The notes under the pieces are model-generated. The model searched no databases, was not told where the DNA came from, and was given only the letters and a program-made list of their open reading frames with translations. A stretch of DNA of 64,000 nt, from positions 62,001 to 126,000 of the forward strand of contig JAQGDQ010000425.1 in NCBI GenBank assembly GCA_030141605.1, written 5' to 3'. The position numbers and the translations under genes were made by a program. Position 1 is the stretch's first letter; the number at the start of each line of letters is the position of its first letter. This stretch comes from Tubiluchus corallicola. Lineage: Eukaryota > Animalia > Priapulida. Positions 38,901-64,000 of the stretch are shown here, piece by piece.

Positions 38901-41900
38901 TAGGGTTTCCTTGTTAAGAGAAGTAAAATCTGACATTTCAACATACATTGTGGTTACTAATGTTGAACAGTTATGGCAGGACTGGAATCTGGCTTATAGT
39001 TAAGAATAGTTCTGCAGGATACCATACTGAAAATATGCCTAGCACAGATATCCAGCCATACGCCTTTTAGTTTACATTTATATATATATATATATGGATC
39101 CTCTCCAGTAGGTAATTAGTCTGAAGCAGCATGGGAAGTAAAACCACCTAGAAATTTTCTTAACAGTCACTCTTCCATTTGCTAACCGGGTCCACTCATG
39201 TTTCGGTTTGTATTTTTTCACCTAGGTGCATTTTGGAGTTATTTTGGCCACGCGGCTGCATTTTGGAATCACAGAAACAGTGCAAACATTCTTTTCATTT
39301 TCTACGAGGACATGATAAAGGTACCACATGCTTCACTAGTAGATCTAGAATGTTTAGAATGTGCTTGTCCTGGGCTAGATCACGTAAGAAATGCATTTAA
39401 ATATTTGTGCAGGCCAAACACCATACCTTGCATGGCAGAATACTGAAAATACATGAATACTTATTGCGTGGTGCAGCACTGTTGTGAAGAAAATGATTGC
39501 TATATTTGAATTTTCTAATTTATTTTAGTACAGTGCAACTCCATTCCCAGGATAGGCAGATGCTTACCATTTGCAAATTTCGTCCAGTAAATACATTTTA
39601 AGTTGGGGCTTTAATCTGCTGATTTTTACTGCCCATTTTCTTCCAATGATGTCATTCATCAAAAAGAGAAACTGTGCACTGTAAATTTCTATTAAAGGTA
39701 GAACAAGTTTTTATAAAAAATAGATAGCTAACTTTGTGACATTTCTGTAGAACATTACAGAAGTTGTGAAAGTTTGAAGTCGTTTAAACAGCACGTGCTT
39801 GTGTAAAGCTGTAAAGCCACCAGTTACGTCATAATTTTCAAGTGAAAGGCAGCTGCCATTGTGGCTAAAAATTTCCATACAGTGAATGTATAAATGAACT
39901 TGACCTTTGTAGATATATTTTTACAAATTCCTTCATTATATTTTTTAAGTTTAAGTGATTGCAGTAAAATAAACCCAATATGCTAATTGACGTGTCTTTT
40001 CCTTTAAACCTTCAACAAATTACCAACGTTTGTGTGTAATACGTATTTTATTTTGAGTGTTTACGGAATACGTATTTTATTTTGAGTGTTTACGGAATAC
40101 GTATTTTATTTTGAGTGTTTACGGGGAATACGTATTTTATTTTGAGTGTTTACGGAATACGTATTTTATTTTGAGTGTTTACGGAATACGTATTTTATTT
40201 TGAGTGTTTATACGGAATACGTATTTTATTTTGAGTGTTTACGGAATACGCATTTTATTTTGAGTGTTTACGGAATACGCATTTTATTTTGAGTGTTTAC
40301 GGAATACGCATTTTATTTTGAGTGTTTACGGAATACGCATTTTATTTTGAGTGTTTACGGAATACGCATTTTATTTTGAGTGTTTACGGAATACGCATTT
40401 TATTTTGAGTGTTTACGGAATACGCATTTTATTTTGAGTGTTTACGGAATACGCATTTTATTTTGAGTGTTTACGGAATACGTATTTTATTTTGAGTGTT
40501 TACGGAATACGTATTTTATTTTGAGTGTTTACGGAATACGTATTTTATTTTGAGTGTTTACGGAATACGTATTTTATTTTGAGTGTTTACGGAATACGTA
40601 TTTTATTTTGAGTGTTTACGGAATACGTATTTTATTTTGAGTGTTTACGGAATACGTATTTTATTTTGAGTGTTTACGGAATACGTATTTTATTTTGAGT
40701 GTTTACGGAATACGTATTTTATTTTGAGTGTTTACGGAATACGTATTTTATTTTGAGTGTTTACGGGGACAGGTATTTTATAGGGACATGTAAAAGAATG
40801 CTGGTTTGGGTCTAAACTGGCGTAGAATTGTAACTTTCAGGTGCTTTTATGAACAGGCATTACACAACAGTTTAAGCATCTGTAATGGCATATGCTTTGT
40901 GGGAACATAAGCAGGAATTATAGGATGCTTACCAAACTTATAACCTTTTCCTTATTATTAGGATCCGTTTGCAGTAGTGAGAAAAATTGCAGATTTCTTG
41001 GAAAAGCCGCTAACCGATGAACAACTTAGCAAGATTGTGGTAGAGACGAGTTTTGACAAGATGAAGGCAAATCCGCTAGCTAACATGGAGTTCCTGTCCA
41101 GTACCGGATTCAAAGCAGCGGACGATGTTCCATTTATGCGAAAGGGTAAGTGCCAGATTCAAAGTAAGTAAGTAAGTAAATAATTTATTTGTCTCTGAAT
41201 GTTACAAAATGAAAATAAACAAAGCAAAAAAACTAAAATAAAGATCGAAAAGAGACGGGATGGCGAAAAGACCAAGAGTCACCAAGTCAACCACCTCTAT
41301 CCATATTGAAGAAAATTAAGTGACCTGTCAAAGTAACAAATGAAAATAATCAGCAACTTAACAAAAAAATGAGGCAACAAGTTCCAATAAATAAATTTGG
41401 CAATGAGAAGAGGCAAAATTTAAATTAGCAAAGAAAACAGAAAATTTAAATTAAAATCAAGAGACTAAGTCCAACTCAACAAAAACAAAACTAAAAATTA
41501 CATGTAAATCAAGAAACTCAATCCAACGTAAGAAGCAAAAAAAATGAAGCAATATCACGCCGTGAGTAAATCATCACCAGGTCAAGCACCTCTATCCAAA
41601 TTTAAAGGAAATTATACAACCTGACAACAGATCATGTATCATTTATGCGAAAACGTATTCAAAAGATGAAATCAACCAGTGACTAGTTGAAAAAAAAATG
41701 AAAAAGGTCTCAGATATTTGTTAATTTTCCAAATAATAATGGAACTAAATTTTAAAGATATTCAAAATTTACTGTCCAACTCATTTTGAACAGAATTAGT
41801 TCTTCTTTGTTCTAATCAACATTCACTGGACATACCCAATTTTGATCTAAACGCATTTGACGATAAAAATAAATTTTGAATATATTTGTTACCTAAGTTC

Positions 41901-42219
41901 ATTTTCCCTTTGTTTTTTCTTGTGCATAAATGCCGCTTGTCTTCTGCCATGTTTTTAAAGTTTATTAAATCAACGATTTTGCAATTGATGCTTGGAAAAA
42001 TAAACCAAACCTGTAAACACATTCAACAGAGTAAAGGGAGAAAACGTCCGTTTCCTAAAAGTGAACAACAATTAAGCTCTCTAAGCTTTCATTTTTTCTT
42101 GCACAGGTAAAGTCGGAAACTGGAAAGAAAACTTCGACGATGAAATGAACGCAATCGCTGACGAGCTGTGCAGCAGGCATTTTAAACCCATCGGTCTGAC
42201 ACACGTCTATGAACTGTAA
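35909..42219 (+). CDS. Cytosolic sulfotransferase (SULT family) paralog B, 7 coding exons, 341 aa
   Basis: Exons 35909-36182, 37036-37141, 38066-38177, 38681-38822, 39226-39320, 40962-41145 and 42107-42219 splice in frame (1026 nt). Same intron positions and phases as paralog A. Motifs SYPKCGNTW, PRVFKTH, ISRNFKDYAVS, FYEDMIKDP, FMRKGKVGNWK. Confidence 0.94.
39696..40003. mobile_element. Possible Kolobok/T2-like MITE
   Basis: TTAA-AGG ... CCT-TTAA boundaries with partial TIR similarity (AGGTAGAACAAGT vs AGGAAAAGACACGT). Confidence 0.45.
40038..40764. repeat. 29-bp minisatellite, ~25 copies, SULT-B intron 5
   Basis: Unit GAATACGTATTTTATTTTGAGTGTTTACG, with a central block of CGCA-variant copies. 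Confidence 0.97.
41163..41300 (-). mobile_element. Retroposon 3' end (minus strand), with a second copy at ~23062-23185
   Basis: Both sites have a short tandem tail ((AGTA)n or (ATTCA)n) next to TTTATT (AATAAA on the minus strand), followed by a shared block GAGAC.GG.TGG.GAA.GAC.AAG.AGTCACC.AG.CAACCACC. Confidence 0.5.
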
Positions 42220-44140
42220 CCGTAACCAGTTGCTTTCCGTTTCATGGTTCACATTTTTGTCTCATTTGTTACTTAGCTATTATGTTATGGCAGCAGTCGG
42301 GGTTGTCGTTTAGTATGATCCCGATTAGTGTATTGACGCCTAAAATGATCATATTGAACTGCCGGCGGTATCTTGCCGACAAGGACTAAAACTACCCAAG
42401 TTGGTTCGGTACCAGCAGATGCGGAGGCCAAGCAGTTTATAACTCTTTTGAAATCCATCCACGAAACAACAGAATGATGTGTAACAAAAATGATACCTTT
42501 ATTGGCAAAATGAAGCAGATTCAAAAATTCAGAAATACACTAACTGGACCGGTAAGAGCAGAAAAGACCACTTTTATACACTCCAGATGCATAGCTTGGC
42601 TTCAACAGACACTTACATTTTGTGTGAAAGGGGTGTTCAGTACAATATTTTCCACAAGATTATCGTACTTTTTAATCAAATTGCCAAACCCTAAAATTAT
42701 TGTTTTGCAGCAAATGATCATGTACTTAACTAAGCAACTACAATATCAAAAATGGCATCAAGTATAATATTAAATTTACGTACACAATGATGTCACTAAT
42801 TTACAGTAATTTACTAATGTAGGTTACAGGATCTAGTCATTATACAAGCACTATTTTTGAGTCGCTTTTTTTAAGAACTGCGGTCAGCATGCTTTGGACT
42901 ACAATGAAATTAAAGTTATACTTCCCACTGGTCAGCAGTAACATTCTAAATGTTTTCTGTTTTCAAACTTCTGTTTTTTCTTTTGTATTACTAAATTATC
43001 GTCTCATTTTTTGTACAGTATGAGGCAAATTATCGTCTGTTCTGATAATTATCTACACTGGTAACAAGTTAAGGATAACTTCCATTGATGATAGCAAGCA
43101 TTTGCGTACAGCGTCCTCAGTTGAAAATAAACGATGTTCCTATACTTATGTTGTTTAGTTTATTGGTTCTCACCGCTGCTGCTCAGATCAGTTTAAAGAT
43201 CCATTTCTAATATGTGCCGAAATCATCCAAGTTCGAAAAAACAACTAACAAAGAGATTGTCTAAAATAATTTTTATTACGTTTTTATTGTACATTATTTC
43301 TACAATGACGGCACTCGCATTCAGTCTTTTGTTCCACCCACTACAACATTCACTACCTACACATATTATGATCTAACTTGCATACAAAACACAGGGGTTT
43401 TCTTAAGTAACTCAAAGGGAAGCTAAATAACTACTTTGTTACGTAAAGTAAAAATCACGTGATATAAATGATTTCAGAACAGCTGAACAAGAAAAATGCT
43501 TCTTGCATTTTAACAATTTGTTTTATGTTTCTACATCATGCTTTAAGTCAACTTACAAAGATTAAATATTTTTAAAATGTCTGTACAATCAAATAAATGT
43601 ATGCAAGTAATACTAAATTAGAAAGTACGGGAGTTGAACTCAGAACCTTCTGTTTTCCGGGCACATTCTAATTCAACTGAATAAAATTCACTTCATTCAC
43701 ATTTACTCAACAATATTTCACTCGCATAATAAGAAACTATACATTATTTCTATATCCAAATTCCTCAACAACAGCGATTCTATATACATATGTATGCGCG
43801 AGTCACATATATAAATTAATTATATACATAAAAATTTGCAGTGAAGGCTCCTTCATTGTGTATATAAGAAAATAAAATGACATCACTGACAGACTGATTA
43901 AATCACACATGGAAAATAACTTAATTTCACGAGGGAAGAGCATCAAAAGTTCAACCAACCATATACAAATAATCGGTTACGCAACAGGAAGAATTTAGTC
44001 AAGAATTACAGTTCTTTTACAACTTGCATTTGTTAAATTACCAGCAATTGTGGCGCACTGGAAGGTCTCATAATCAGTATGGCACTTATTAAGGGGGGCG
44101 CTCTGCAACCTAATACTGATCAGTAATTCGTGAAGGGCTG

Positions 44141-62586
<18,446 letters not shown>

Positions 62587-64000
62587 CTGTAATAAAATTG
62601 ACAAATTAAAAAATAAGGTTTTTTTACTAATAGGACAATAGATGGCAGCACGACTGCAGTCATAAGGTTCAAATACTAGTTACGCGACAACTTTTTCAGC
62701 ATCTCTTTCTTCAATTAATTGAGTGCTACGCCGATTAATGAGTGTGTTCGTGTGTGGAAAAACATTATACAGTTTGACTACATAAACATCATTTTCCATT
62801 GTAATTCTTTAGTGCGTCTGCCTCTCAAGCGCTCAAACTAGTCATCAAGAACCCTGAACCCAGTACATCAAAGCGTGACCCGCACGCAGCAAAACAATAA
62901 CATTTTATTAATGGGCGACGCGTGCCACATAGTAATAGCCTGTAATGACTACGAACCGCCATAATACAGCTTCGCAATAATGCCTTTAATGTGGAAACAC
63001 GCTAGATTTGAATTATTTGGTTATTTAACAGGACTGGGCACAAATAGGCCTGCAGGCAGTGGCTGGATGTTAGCCAACTGAAATAACAGCCTGAATGAAT
63101 GTGGGCCTTTATAATTACTGCAGAATGGTGAAGGAAGGAAAATATACTCAGTGGTTTTTTGCTAGAGGTATCAAGCTGGTGCCCTGCAGTGTTGACCTAA
63201 TTTAATAAAGGTTTATTTTAAGCACATATGTAGGGCTTACCAACAGGGGGATGTAAAATAATATCTATTTTACATAAAAATTACCCACAACACCATCGAC
63301 ATACTTAGTAAACGCATACTACAGGCTCAGCCAAGAATGTCATATTTTGATCAATCGTACACCCACTAAACTGACTACAGTCTTGTAGAACTAAGTGAAT
63401 AAGGTGGCAGTTAAGCAGTGTTAGGCATATTGGGTAGTTGGATAAGCAACACTTCCGTTAGTAGTGCGACTGTAGGGCTAAAACGAAAAAAAAAGAGAGA
63501 AAATACACTTCTTTCTAAATAGTGTACCTCTTTTTCATCACAAATCAGTAGCCTGTAACTTATTCACACTGAGAGGGAACATTCGAAGAGGTTAGCCAGA
63601 AGGTTTCAGTTTATTAAATGTAAATGCATACCAAGTATGTGAAAATGTGCGAATACAGTTTCAAGTTTTATTAGTTTTTCTTGCGATTCTTCCAAATTAT
63701 TTTGAGTAGTAGCTCAAATTAACAGTAACATTACCTCCACCCCCCACCCCCCGCCCCGAATGTGACTGCACACTAGTAACACTTGCATTCCAAATTTAAA
63801 AGACAGTTTTTCAAATTTGAACCATTGTCAATTCCGGGTTTACAATAATGCAGCCTAATACGGTATTATAACTGCTCACTGTAACATGCTCTACATTGTA
63901 AATCCTCTCTATTATTTTAGTAGGTAATACTTAATCTGGTTATAGGTACGTCTCTTCAATTATTTGGTTAATTTTCAACAGAATTCTGATCTGGCTTCTA

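Overview
AT-rich eukaryotic (most likely invertebrate metazoan) genomic DNA with GT-AG introns, not a prokaryotic locus. Five spliced protein-coding genes can be assembled in frame by hand. On the + strand: a 5'-truncated cereblon (CRBN, 39-6769), glycerate kinase (GLYCTK, 10674-16449) and two tandem paralogous cytosolic sulfotransferases (23488-32039 and 35909-42219). On the - strand: a 5'-truncated SLIT-ROBO RhoGAP (srGAP; F-BAR/RhoGAP/SH3; 62586-44141). Introns and spacers are full of non-autonomous DNA transposons (hAT with 8-bp TSDs, Tc1/mariner with TA TSDs, Kolobok- and piggyBac-like TTAA elements), decayed LINE and SINE fragments, and many mini- and microsatellites. Most ORFs in the supplied track are spurious repeat or antisense ORFs. 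I see no evidence of a wholly new multi-gene system. The best leads are a candidate regulated 30-nt srGAP microexon plus a UGCAUG-rich last intron with a truncating alternative acceptor, minisatellites born inside DNA transposons (one made from a transposase C-terminus), inverted MITE arms flanking a sulfotransferase exon, divergent sulfotransferase motifs, and IMiD-relevant cereblon residues. Family assignments come from recalled motifs, not database searches.
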